DNA of 16,261 bases from a virus (Duplodnaviria > Heunggongvirae > Uroviricota > Caudoviricetes). This document shows, piece by piece, positions 1 through 7,378 of the stretch (within the stretch, counting starts at the first letter, position 1; every line of letters begins with the position of its first letter). The position numbers were made by a program, and so were the translations under genes. Below the pieces are notes generated by a model. That model was not told the DNA's origin, ran no database searches, and saw only the letters and a program-made list of their open reading frames with translations. Where the stretch lies: IMG/VR virus record IMGVR_UViG_2547132421_000009. The stretch is one strand, 5' to 3'.

Positions 1-869
1 CTAAGCGAGGTTCTGGTTTCCAAATTGTTCCGGACTGAGGCCGCCACACCAACTGTGCCGCCGCCACCGATTGTAATCACATTCGATATAATTAAACACC
101 GTTGCCCGCATTATTTCCCGGCTGATAAAGTGTTCTCCATGGATACATTCCACTTTCAGCGAATGAAAGAAGCTTTCCACGCAGGCATTATCGTAGCAGC
201 AACCTTTTGCGCTCATACTTCCACGCAGATTATGCCGCTTCAGTTGCGCCTGATAATCTGCTGAACAGTACTGGCCTCCACGGTCCGTGTGAACGATAAC
301 GTTCCGGGGCCTCTTACGCCGCCACAGCGCCATCTGCAGGGCATCGCAGGCCAGTTGCGCCGTCATGCGTGGCGACATTGACCAGCCAATAACGGCACGT
401 GACCACAGGTCAATGACCACTGCCAGATACAGCCAGCCTTCATCTGTACGTAAGTACGTGATGTCTCCTGCCCACTTCTGGTTCGGGCCACTGGCGTAAA
501 AATCCTGCTCCAACAGATTTTCTGACACAGGCAGGCCGTGTGCGCGGTAGCTGACCGGGCTGAACTTCCGGGAGGCCTTTGCCCTCAGTCCCTGACGGCG
601 CAGGCTTGCCGCCACGGTTTTTACGTAAAGGGGTACCCTGAGCACGCAGTTCATCCGTCAGGCGTGGGGCACCGTAACGCTGTTTTGACCGGGTAAAGCC
701 GCGAGGACAACGCTGTCGCAGTGTTGGCGGAACTGCTGACGCGTGCTTATCCTTGTCCGCCGCTGACACCACGTATACCAGCCGCTGCGGGCCACCCGGA
801 GCACGCGGCACATTGCTTTGATGCTGAACTCAGCCTGATGTTTTTCAATTCAATAAAGACATACTTCAT
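1..869 (-). pseudogene. insF: IS3 orfB DDE transposase (InsF-like) split across three reading frames
   Basis: Consecutive InsF-like segments lie in different frames: MKYVFIE then a stop; [28 protein letters not shown]...VVLAA; [21 protein letters not shown] (frame of ORF 440-811); [12 protein letters not shown]...DDE core...SPEQF (ORF 1-654). This implies at least three small indels relative to an intact 288-aa orfB. Confidence 0.7.
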
Positions 870-1165
870 TTCAGGCGCTTCGCGAAGTATGTCGCGGCCT
901 TTTGGAGGATAGCCAGCTCTTCATCCCGTTCTGCCAGCTGGCGTTTGAGACGTGCAATCTCGGTAGACATCTCCAGTTCACGTTCAGAAGACGTCTGCTG
1001 ATTTTGCTGTTTACTGCGCCAGTTGTAGAGTTGTGATTCATACAGGCTGAGTTCACGGGCTGCGGCAGTAACACCGATGCGTTCAGCAAGCTTCAGGGCT
1101 TCACTGCGAAATTCAGGCGAATGCTGTTTACGGGGTTTTTTACTGGTTGATACTGTTTTTGTCAT
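866..1165 (-). CDS. insE: IS3 orfA transposase subunit (InsE-like, 99 aa from the ATG at 1165)
   Basis: Translation MTKTVSTSKKPRKQHSPEFRSEALKLAERIGVTAAARELSLYESQLYNWRSKQQ...AKRLK; GAGGTG Shine-Dalgarno 5 nt upstream of the ATG. The ORF track extends it to 1174 from a GTG. Confidence 0.85.
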   Translation of the reverse strand: MTKTVSTSKKPRKQHSPEFRSEALKLAERIGVTAAARELSLYESQLYNWRSKQQNQQTSSERELEMSTEIARLKRQLAERDEELAILQKAATYFAKRLK

Positions 1166-1342
1166 GTGAGTCACCTCTGACTGAGAGTTTACTCACTTAG
1201 CCGCGTGTCCACTATTGCTGGGTAAGATCATTACCAAAAGACTGCCGAATAATCTTCTTCCATGGCAAACCGCGACCGCGTGAAGTGTCAGAGGATTGGC
1301 TTCCTCTCATTAGCGCGTTTTTTGAGCGAGAATCAGAATAAT

Positions 1343-1372
1343 ATTGCTCTAATAATTCAATATTTTTAAAAC
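1343..1372 (+). promoter_or_regulatory. C1 operator-like 17-mer (ATTGCTCTAATAATTCA, 1343-1359) with embedded promoter-like elements TTGCTC -17 bp- TAAAAC
   Basis: 14/17 match to the P1 C1 operator consensus ATTGCTCTAATAAATTT. Lies upstream of the plus-strand genes at 1423 and 1643. Confidence 0.6.
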
Positions 1373-1422
1373 GTGATGTACACTCATAACGTTTTTTATT
1401 AGAACAATCTACAAGGTGCACT

Positions 1423-1641
1423 ATGTGGCCATTCCGACGGAAATATCACTACTGGCTGATCGCCTTTGTTACGCCGACCGGCGGTATCAGGCATGTCATC
1501 ACCAGGTATCGCAACAAGAGACTCACCTTAGCCAGAATTTTACAGGCTGCCATAGGTGAGGGACTGGATACAAATTGCGTAGTCCTTCCTCCTTCATACT
1601 TAGGAAAAATGACCGAAGCACAAGCTAATACGGAACTTTGA
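1423..1641 (+). CDS. hypothetical small protein (72 aa)
   Basis: ORF with AAGGTG Shine-Dalgarno 6 nt upstream; its TGA stop (1639-1641) lies one base before the ATG of the next gene (1643). Composition is not strongly protein-like. Confidence 0.3.
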   Translation: MWPFRRKYHYWLIAFVTPTGGIRHVITRYRNKRLTLARILQAAIGEGLDTNCVVLPPSYLGKMTEAQANTEL

Positions 1642-1642
1642 A

Positions 1643-2905
1643 ATGAGCACTTCAGCACAAAACCAATCAATCGAAAATGTATCTATCCCTGACGTCCTGA
1701 ATGCCGGTATCCCGGCCATTATCCAGAACATCCGGGCCGCGCAACGCCGCGTTAGTTGTGATGACCTCACAGCGCGTTTTTTTGATAATGCGGTTCAGTC
1801 AGCGGAGATGCTTCACGCACAGCTTATTGATGTTTATAACGCAGAAGCTGATAGCCATAACTCCCTGGTAGATGCAGCTGAAAATATGCAGTTGGATCTC
1901 GGTCTGAAGGGTAAAGAAATTGAAGAGCTTCAGCTGCAAATTGAACATTTGAAACGCCAGCAACAGGACGCGATCGACGATGCGACGCATGACGCCAACC
2001 AGCGTGCTGATAATGCCGAACGTATAAGCATTGAGCTGGAAACAAAACTCAATGAAATGACCGCGATGGTTGAACTGCGGAACTCACAGATTTCAACGCT
2101 AAAATCTCAATATAAAGAGATCATGAAACTTGATCCTTTTAACCTTGAGAAACGCTATAACAAAGCTAAAAGCGAGCGACAGGAACTGCGTAAGCAGGTC
2201 GCCGATCTTAACCAACAGCTCAAAAAAACTATTAAAGATGCAAGCGAAGCGCGCGTGGCATTTGCTAATAAAAAAGCAGAGGTTACCGCGCTGGTTAATG
2301 AAAATGCTAAATTTGCGACGCTCAAGAAGGAAATGTATGGCATTACTGAGCGCCGTTTTCCTGCAAGCAAACTCCATCCGACGTTAGGGCAAATCTCATT
2401 CTTCCCGCGCCTCCTGGCTTATGGGATCTCATCGCCTAAAGAGTTCAATAACGAGCGTCCTTATATCGTTTCTAAGCTGGACTTTGCTTATCAGTTCTGC
2501 TGCGACATGGGCTATGCCATTGATATCCGAATCAACGAATGGTTGATGCCAAACTTCCAGCCGTTGGCAATTTTCCGCGAGTTCCAGCCGGAAGGTTGGG
2601 TAGAGTTCTTCCATGAATTGATCTGTAAAGAGATGGAAAGCCGCCGCCCGGAACTGGTCCGTCGAGTTGAGTGGGCGCAAGAGGTTATGTTGGCAGATGC
2701 AGAGCTGCCGTTCGAACCGGAATTTATTGATGATCTGGCAGCTAAAGGGCTGCATACCCTGTTTGATGTGGTTACCCGCCGTCATGAGCAGTTGGTTGTC
2801 GAATTGGGTTTAGAGGAAACAGCGGCAAGAAGACTTCTTGATGTTTGCTATGCACTTAGCGATGCATGGGAAAAAGTGAACGGCGGCACTATTTACGTTC
2901 GCTGA
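1643..2905 (+). CDS. hypothetical protein, 420 aa, N-terminal ~220 aa predicted coiled coil plus C-terminal globular domain
   Basis: Long ORF with heptad-like charged N-terminal half (EELQLQIEHLKRQQQ..., ELRKQVADLNQQLKK...) followed by a strong intrinsic terminator. No family recognised. Confidence 0.6.
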   Translation: MSTSAQNQSIENVSIPDVLNAGIPAIIQNIRAAQRRVSCDDLTARFFDNAVQSAEMLHAQLIDVYNAEADSHNSLVDAAENMQLDLGLKGKEIEELQLQIEHLKRQQQDAIDDATHDANQRADNAERISIELETKLNEMTAMVELRNSQISTLKSQYKEIMKLDPFNLEKRYNKAKSERQELRKQVADLNQQLKKTIKDASEARVAFANKKAEVTALVNENAKFATLKKEMYGITERRFPASKLHPTLGQISFFPRLLAYGISSPKEFNNERPYIVSKLDFAYQFCCDMGYAIDIRINEWLMPNFQPLAIFREFQPEGWVEFFHELICKEMESRRPELVRRVEWAQEVMLADAELPFEPEFIDDLAAKGLHTLFDVVTRRHEQLVVELGLEETAARRLLDVCYALSDAWEKVNGGTIYVR

Positions 2906-2927
2906 TAGTTACAGTGTCACTTTTAAT

Positions 2928-2958
2928 GCTGGTGGAGTGCGCCCACCAGCATTTTTTT
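2928..2958 (+). terminator. Rho-independent terminator (GCTGGTGG-agtgcgc-CCACCAGC followed by ATTTTTTT)
   Basis: 8-bp perfect stem, 7-nt loop and a T7 run, 23 bp after the stop of the 420-aa gene. Confidence 0.7.
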
Positions 2959-2977
2959 CGTCCAATGAGGAGGGCAT

Positions 2978-3484
2978 TTGAGTATTTTCAATAAACACGC
3001 ACACCAGGAACGTCCGTACATTGTCATAGTAGATATTGATGGAACGATATCGGAGGCAACGGAAGACAGGCTGCATTTACTTCCACCGCCTGGCAACGGT
3101 GCATTAACAGAGCACTGGAACGAGTTTAACCTTGCCTGTGACACTGATGCTTCCATCACTCCAGTTATTGATATGGTGCGCCAGTTGTCCAGCATTTACA
3201 CGCTCTGGTTTGTAACCGGGCGCTGTGAGATAGCCAGGGATAAAACACGAGCCTGGTTGCGTAAGCACGTAACAAATGGGGCAGAGCCTTTGCTATCTAT
3301 GCGTCCCGCCACCGATGACAGAAATGACGGTCCAGCAAAGATTGATCTCCTTAAGAAAATTGGTCTAAGCAAAATTGCGTTCGCGCTGGAAGATAAGATT
3401 GAAGTGGCGCGTGTTTTCAGGAGGCACGGCGTGCTTACGTTAATGGTCAGGGAGTATGAAAACGCGCTTCTCCATCAACAATAA
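2978..3484 (+). CDS. HAD-superfamily phosphatase-like protein (168 aa), TTG start
   Basis: GGAGG Shine-Dalgarno 4 nt before TTG. HAD-like motifs: motif I VDIDGT, motif II LWFVTGR, a conserved Lys (WLRKH) and an acidic motif ATDDRNDG. Confidence 0.55.
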   Translation: MSIFNKHAHQERPYIVIVDIDGTISEATEDRLHLLPPPGNGALTEHWNEFNLACDTDASITPVIDMVRQLSSIYTLWFVTGRCEIARDKTRAWLRKHVTNGAEPLLSMRPATDDRNDGPAKIDLLKKIGLSKIAFALEDKIEVARVFRRHGVLTLMVREYENALLHQQ

Positions 3485-3513
3485 TTGCTCTAATAAATAA
3501 TGATTTTTAAAAC
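3484..3513 (+). promoter_or_regulatory. C1 operator-like 17-mer (ATTGCTCTAATAAATAA, 3484-3500) with the same TTGCTC -17 bp- TAAAAC architecture as the 1343 module
   Basis: 15/17 match to the C1 operator consensus; near-identical ~30-bp module to 1343-1372; sits in front of the 3583-6387 gene block. Confidence 0.6.
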
Positions 3514-3531
3514 AGAGAAAGTGAAAATAAA

Positions 3532-3553
3532 AACATGCCGCAAGGCGCGGCAT
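3532..3553 (-). terminator. Hairpin CATGCCGC-aagg-CGCGGCATG, followed by a U-run only on the minus strand
   Basis: Perfect 8-bp inverted repeat. The minus strand reads hairpin then TGTTTTTATTTTCAC; the plus strand has no U-tract, so it could alternatively be a 5'-leader structure of the downstream operon. Confidence 0.35.
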
Positions 3554-3582
3554 GTATCCAATCAATCACAGGAGCTGAAAAT

Positions 3583-3669
3583 ATGAACACGGCATTCAAA
3601 ATCATTATGGCCGCGATCTATTTCTGGCTGTTCTCTATCACTTTTGGCGGCATCGTCGCACATGGGTAA
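3583..3669 (+). CDS. small hydrophobic peptide, 28 aa (MNTAFKIIMAAIYFWLFSITFGGIVAHG)
   Basis: AGGAG Shine-Dalgarno 8 nt upstream of the ATG; single predicted transmembrane-like segment; its stop overlaps the Shine-Dalgarno of the next gene. Below the ORF-track length cutoff. Confidence 0.35.
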   Translation: MNTAFKIIMAAIYFWLFSITFGGIVAHG

Positions 3670-3678
3670 GGGGGATGC

Positions 3679-4257
3679 ATGAAAGGCGAAGTGAAAGAGC
3701 GCGGCATGATTTTTAACGATGAGATGGTCCGGGCAATTCTTGGCGGGAATAAAACACAGACTCGCAGGATTGTTGAAGAAAAATTCTATGGACGGGCAGT
3801 GGCCGCAGAGTTGCTTGCCAAGCATTGTCCATATGGTCAACCGGGCGATCGTATTTGGGTTCGCGAAACCTACCGGGTACATGGCAAAGCGACGGACGTC
3901 GCAACGCTGGTTTATCGCGCAAGCGTGCGTAACTCCTGGACAGAACAAACGCACCGGGTTCCGGTCGAGGTTTGTAATAAACCAGTATCAGAAAAGTGGA
4001 CGCCATCAATTCACATGCCGCGCTGGGCATCGCGCATTCTTTTGGAAATTACCGACGTGCGTGTGGAACGGCTGCATGACATGAGCGAGGAAGATGCTAA
4101 AGCAGAAGGCGCAACTCCGGCGACGTACAAGATTACGCCATCTGAAGCTGTTTATCGCGTTGGTTTTGGTGATATCTGGCGCAGTATTTACGGGCAGGAT
4201 AACTGGCTATCTAACCCGTTGGTATGGGTAATCGAGTTTAAGCGCATTCAGGAATAA
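3679..4257 (+). CDS. ASCH-domain protein (192 aa)
   Basis: AGGGGG Shine-Dalgarno. Motifs resemble ASCH/PUA-like proteins such as E. coli YqfB: EMVRAILGGNKTQTRR near the N-terminus, GDRIWVRE, and C-terminal WVIEFKRI. Confidence 0.6.
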   Translation: MKGEVKERGMIFNDEMVRAILGGNKTQTRRIVEEKFYGRAVAAELLAKHCPYGQPGDRIWVRETYRVHGKATDVATLVYRASVRNSWTEQTHRVPVEVCNKPVSEKWTPSIHMPRWASRILLEITDVRVERLHDMSEEDAKAEGATPATYKITPSEAVYRVGFGDIWRSIYGQDNWLSNPLVWVIEFKRIQE

Positions 4258-4260
4258 ACC

Positions 4261-4634
4261 GTGAGTATGCATCAAGTCGTCAGCTTTTCAGGTGGACGAA
4301 CATCGGCTTATCTCGTTCATCTGATGGAAGCACAGCGAAAAGCTGGCGTTAGCGTCCATTTCATTTTTATGGATAGCAGAACTGGAAAGCAACGAAGTCC
4401 GTGAAGTCGGAAATCAGTTTCTTGTTGTTCGCCATCCTGGGAAAACTCCTGTCATCAAGCACTGCACTGGTGACCTGGAAGAGTTTCTGCGGAAGTTAAT
4501 CGAACAAGACCCGTTAGTAACTATCGACATCATTACGCATCGCTATTACGGGATTGGCGGTCAATGGGTTCAGGATGCAGTTGAGTATCTGCATATGATG
4601 TCTGACGCTGGCATTCGCATCAAAGGAGAGTGAT
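4261..4634 (+). pseudogene. PP-loop (SGGxxS) PAPS-reductase-like gene remnant, split between two frames
   Basis: Frame 1 from GTG 4261 / ATG 4267: MHQVVSFSGGRTSAYLVHLMEAQRKAGVSVHFIFMDSRTGKQRSP, stop at 4402-4404. Frame 2 continues without a start from about 4325 to the stop at 4631-4633: ...EVREVGNQFLVVRHPGKTPVIKHCTGDLEEFLRKLIEQDPLVTIDIITHRYYGIGGQWVQDAVEYLHMMSDAGIRIKGE. The combined length (~125 aa) is too short for an intact PP-loop enzyme. Confidence 0.4.
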
Positions 4635-5150
4635 ATGGCGTTAACACACCGCGAACTCTGTCAGATTGCGTACAAGTTCCTTAAGCGCAACGGGTTCAAG
4701 GTTTGTTTTCATGACCGCTTTATAGCTGTAACCAGTACCGGAGAACAGCCAGATGCTATGGGATTCAGAAATTCAGCATCATGCCTGATAGAGGCGAAGT
4801 GTTCTCGTGCTGACTTGTTGGCAGATAGAAAAAAGCGTTTTCGTAAAAATCCGTCTCTTGGAATGGGCGACTGGCGATTCTTTATTAGTGAGCCGGGAAT
4901 TATTTCAATTGAGGATTTACCACCTGGCTGGGGATTACTTCACGTTGTTAACGGAAGAGTACGGAAAGTACATGGGTGGCCCAAGGGTAATTGCTGTTGG
5001 GGTAATCCTGACGATAAGCCATTTACTGGAAATAAGCAGGTTGAATGCGATTACATGTTATCTGCATTAAGGCGCATGGAGTTGAGAGGGCACCTTAATG
5101 AAATATATGACGGTGTAATTGTTAATAAGAAAGAAGGAAACGCGGCATGA
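4635..5150 (+). CDS. putative PD-(D/E)xK-type nuclease-fold protein (171 aa)
   Basis: AAGGAG Shine-Dalgarno 7 nt upstream. Candidate catalytic motif ...GEQPD(39)AMGFRNSASCLIE(53)AK(55)... with spacing typical of restriction-endonuclease-like folds. Confidence 0.45.
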   Translation: MALTHRELCQIAYKFLKRNGFKVCFHDRFIAVTSTGEQPDAMGFRNSASCLIEAKCSRADLLADRKKRFRKNPSLGMGDWRFFISEPGIISIEDLPPGWGLLHVVNGRVRKVHGWPKGNCCWGNPDDKPFTGNKQVECDYMLSALRRMELRGHLNEIYDGVIVNKKEGNAA

Positions 5151-6028
5151 CCACTATTACCAAAGAGCGACTACTGACAATCAAGCAGTGGCGCGAAACA
5201 TACGGACCTGGTAGCAACGTTGTACTGCCAGCAGAAGAAGCGGAAGAACTGGCACGAATTGCTCTGGCATCACTGGAAGCAAAACCAATAGGTGCATTCC
5301 ACATTGCAGAACAGCAAGTTGACGGCACAAGTGACTACCTCAAGGATGGAGAATGGCCTATTGATAATGGAATTATTGAGGTCTACGCCGCTCCCCCCGT
5401 TCCAGTAGTACCGGAAGAAAAACCAATGCCTAACGCTCTAAGCATGCTTGAAAGAGAGATCACACAACTGATTGGTGATGCGCAGGAAGCCACTGTTACT
5501 GGCTATGAGTTAATCGCTGAAGCTTGGCGTTTGATGGATGGACAAGACCCTAAAACCAGCGATTGGCATAGCAAGGCTTCGAAGTATTTAAATTCCAATA
5601 TTGTAGAAAAAGTTGATGATGACCGTATTGATGCAATTAAGGCTGTTTTGCGTAGACTGGCTGGCAACTATCCGGATATTCCGGATAGTTCGGTGCCTAC
5701 GCCAGGAAAGGGCGTCACCGGTGAACGTATCCGCATTAAGCCGCATGTTTATCGCGAACTGGTTAACCGTCTCCACGATACAGCGATCAAGTGTGCTGGC
5801 ACCCAGCAATTACGAGAAAGAATTAGCCGTGTTTTGGGCGACGTTATTACGCCATATCATCATAAACAAGCCGAGAAAAGCGGTCTGGAAAGGTGTCATC
5901 TTGAGGCAGCATTAAACATTAAGCCGGGGCATACGCTTGGCATTATTGATGCACTGTTGGTTCATAAGATGGCCAGGGCTTTATTGTCGTTGGTGGACGC
6001 TGGTGATACAAGCGAGGGTGAAGTATGA
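5147..6028 (+). CDS. hypothetical protein (293 aa)
   Basis: Long ORF whose ATG overlaps the stop of the upstream gene (ATGA) and whose stop overlaps the next start; no family recognised. Confidence 0.6.
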   Translation: MTTITKERLLTIKQWRETYGPGSNVVLPAEEAEELARIALASLEAKPIGAFHIAEQQVDGTSDYLKDGEWPIDNGIIEVYAAPPVPVVPEEKPMPNALSMLEREITQLIGDAQEATVTGYELIAEAWRLMDGQDPKTSDWHSKASKYLNSNIVEKVDDDRIDAIKAVLRRLAGNYPDIPDSSVPTPGKGVTGERIRIKPHVYRELVNRLHDTAIKCAGTQQLRERISRVLGDVITPYHHKQAEKSGLERCHLEAALNIKPGHTLGIIDALLVHKMARALLSLVDAGDTSEGEV

Positions 6029-6387
6029 GAGTTGCAGATCACATCAAACACCTTGAAAGAATTATCGAAAACGGTGAACTCTTAAGAGATCAGATGAGAC
6101 GCACGGCAGAAGCCAGGGAGGCGATAATCCGCAGTCAGGCTGGTAAATTAAAGCAATTGTCAGAGATTAACACGCTATACAAGAACAGACGTAACCGGGC
6201 GGTGATGCGGCTTCAGAAAGCACGTAATGAAATTAAATTGGTGGAGGCAAAACTGAAAAAACAGATCCAGCGTTACGATCAGCAAGATGCTTTTTATGCC
6301 GCCATCAAGGCGGCTGCTAATGAAATAGGCATCTGGAAGTTGCTGGTGGAGAAAGCAAAGACGAAGTTAAATGCCAACGAAAGCTGA
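6025..6387 (+). CDS. hypothetical coiled-coil protein (120 aa)
   Basis: ATGA overlap with the upstream gene; GAGGGTG Shine-Dalgarno; K/R/E-rich heptad-like sequence. Confidence 0.55.
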   Translation: MRVADHIKHLERIIENGELLRDQMRRTAEAREAIIRSQAGKLKQLSEINTLYKNRRNRAVMRLQKARNEIKLVEAKLKKQIQRYDQQDAFYAAIKAAANEIGIWKLLVEKAKTKLNANES

Positions 6388-6444
6388 ACTACAGGTGCCC
6401 ACCAGCACATACAGAAAATGATTGTTTCCACATCAAGGAGATTT

Positions 6445-6467
6445 TAATGTTTCACTGAAACATTAAG
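6445..6467. repeat. 23-bp perfect palindrome TTAATGTTTCA-C-TGAAACATTAA
   Basis: Read directly from the sequence: 11-bp arms around a single centre base, in the intergenic region after the 5147-6387 gene block. Confidence 0.8.
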
Positions 6468-6600
6468 TAAGCCAGTGCATAATTCCATTTTTTACTGACC
6501 TTAAAAGCAAAATCAAAACGATGATGAGGATAATAGCCAGAATCTGGCTAATAATAGGCGCATCTAAAAATGCACTCAGGAACTGAAAAAAAGCGTTCAT
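6463..6600 (-). CDS. small hydrophobic protein, 45 aa (MNAFFQFLSAFLDAPIISQILAIILIIVLILLLRSVKNGIMHWLT)
   Basis: Minus-strand ORF from ATG at 6600..6598 to TAA at 6465..6463; AAGGA 9 nt upstream; one long predicted transmembrane helix. Its 3' end overlaps the 23-bp palindrome. Confidence 0.3.
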   Translation of the reverse strand: MNAFFQFLSAFLDAPIISQILAIILIIVLILLLRSVKNGIMHWLT

Positions 6601-7088
6601 TCAGGTGGTTCCTTGTCAAATGTAAAGGTGCACTTGCTCACGTTGACGTAGAAACCCAACCCCTATATAGTTGGATTCGGTGAATGAAAGTCGTTAACGT
6701 GAGCTTACGGCACATGTTTTCGGAAAAACATCAGGGAACGGCTAATTCCTTGATGCGGGTGGGGTCTGTAATGCAGACCCTATCTATTAACGTCATGATT
6801 GCATCTCAAATTTTCTCCTTATCTTCAATTAATCTACATTCATTTCATCTGTTAGCCACCACAATATGTAGAAAATGGCCCTCTTGCAAGTGCATAACTT
6901 TGTGGATAACTCAGGAAGGAAAAAGTGGCTTTCGCGCACCTTCGGTCAGACAAGGTGTCCGGGAAAGTCAACGCAAAGAAAAAAATTGTTAAAAATAACG
7001 TTTGTTGGAATTGTATATTTTTATCCCCTTCAAACATCTTTTTTTAGAGACAGAAAAACATATCGTAACAACATATATACAGTATTAA

Positions 7089-7319
7089 GAGGCGAGTATT
7101 ATCCTGCGGTGGGAATTCTGGGCGCTGTTAGATTCGACTTTCTCAGCAGGATTACATCGTCAACTTGCGACGTTGCCGTATGACTTTCGTGTAATAGGTG
7201 ACAATGATGCGGCTAGTGAGTTACTTGTGAAGTTTTTCGGAAAAGGTTTTGTGGCCTCGGATCTTGATGAGCTACAGCAACATGAAGTGTCTAATTTGAT
7301 TTTTAGCCATAGCCAATAA
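7089..7319 (+). CDS. candidate protein-coding region (76 codons) lacking an ATG/GTG/TTG start near its 5' end
   Basis: Open frame ...LRWEFWALLDSTFSAGLHRQLATLPYDFRVIGDNDAASELLVKFFGKGFVASDLDELQQHEVSNLIFSHSQ*; strong AAGAGG Shine-Dalgarno (7087-7092) 5 nt before ATT 7098; followed by a terminator-like hairpin at 7336-7357. Confidence 0.3.
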   Translation, partial: EASIILRWEFWALLDSTFSAGLHRQLATLPYDFRVIGDNDAASELLVKFFGKGFVASDLDELQQHEVSNLIFSHSQ

Positions 7320-7335
7320 GCCTCCCTCCTCCATC

Positions 7336-7378
7336 AAGGCCACAATTTGTGACCTTAAACAATTTGTTTTCTGCTTTT
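7336..7378 (+). terminator. terminator-like hairpin AAGGCCACAA-tt-TTGTGACCTT followed by a T-rich tract
   Basis: 10-bp stem with one mismatch, then AAACAATTTGTTTTCTGCTTTTT; located 17 bp after the stop of the 7089-7319 frame. Confidence 0.45.

Larger units (their letters stand above)
1..1230 (-). mobile_element. IS3-type insertion sequence, minus orientation, truncated at the window edge on its orfB-distal side
   Basis: Positions 1201-1230 are the reverse complement of the IS3 left terminal sequence as I recall it (TGATCTTACCCAGCAATAGTGGACACGCGG...). orfA and orfB overlap in the ATGA arrangement (orfB ATG 869..867, orfA TGA 868..866). The protein segments match E. coli IS3 InsE/InsF from memory. 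Confidence 0.9.

Noticed and set aside
25-264. Plus-strand 79-aa ORF
   Set aside because: Lies antisense inside the IS3 orfB coding region; composition is not protein-like; considered spurious.
1212-1421. Minus-strand 69-aa ORF
   Set aside because: Spans the IS3 terminus and the operator/promoter at 1343; most likely an artefact of the insertion junction rather than a gene.
3562-4084. Overlapping ORFs (3562-3954 minus, 3713-4030 minus, 3719-4084 plus)
   Set aside because: All overlap the well-supported ASCH-domain gene (3679-4257) in other frames or on the other strand and lack ribosome-binding sites; considered frame shadows.
6684-7183. Plus-strand ORFs 6684-6992 and 6875-7183
   Set aside because: Low-complexity, AT-rich translations with no Shine-Dalgarno; the better candidate in this area is the 7089-7319 frame.
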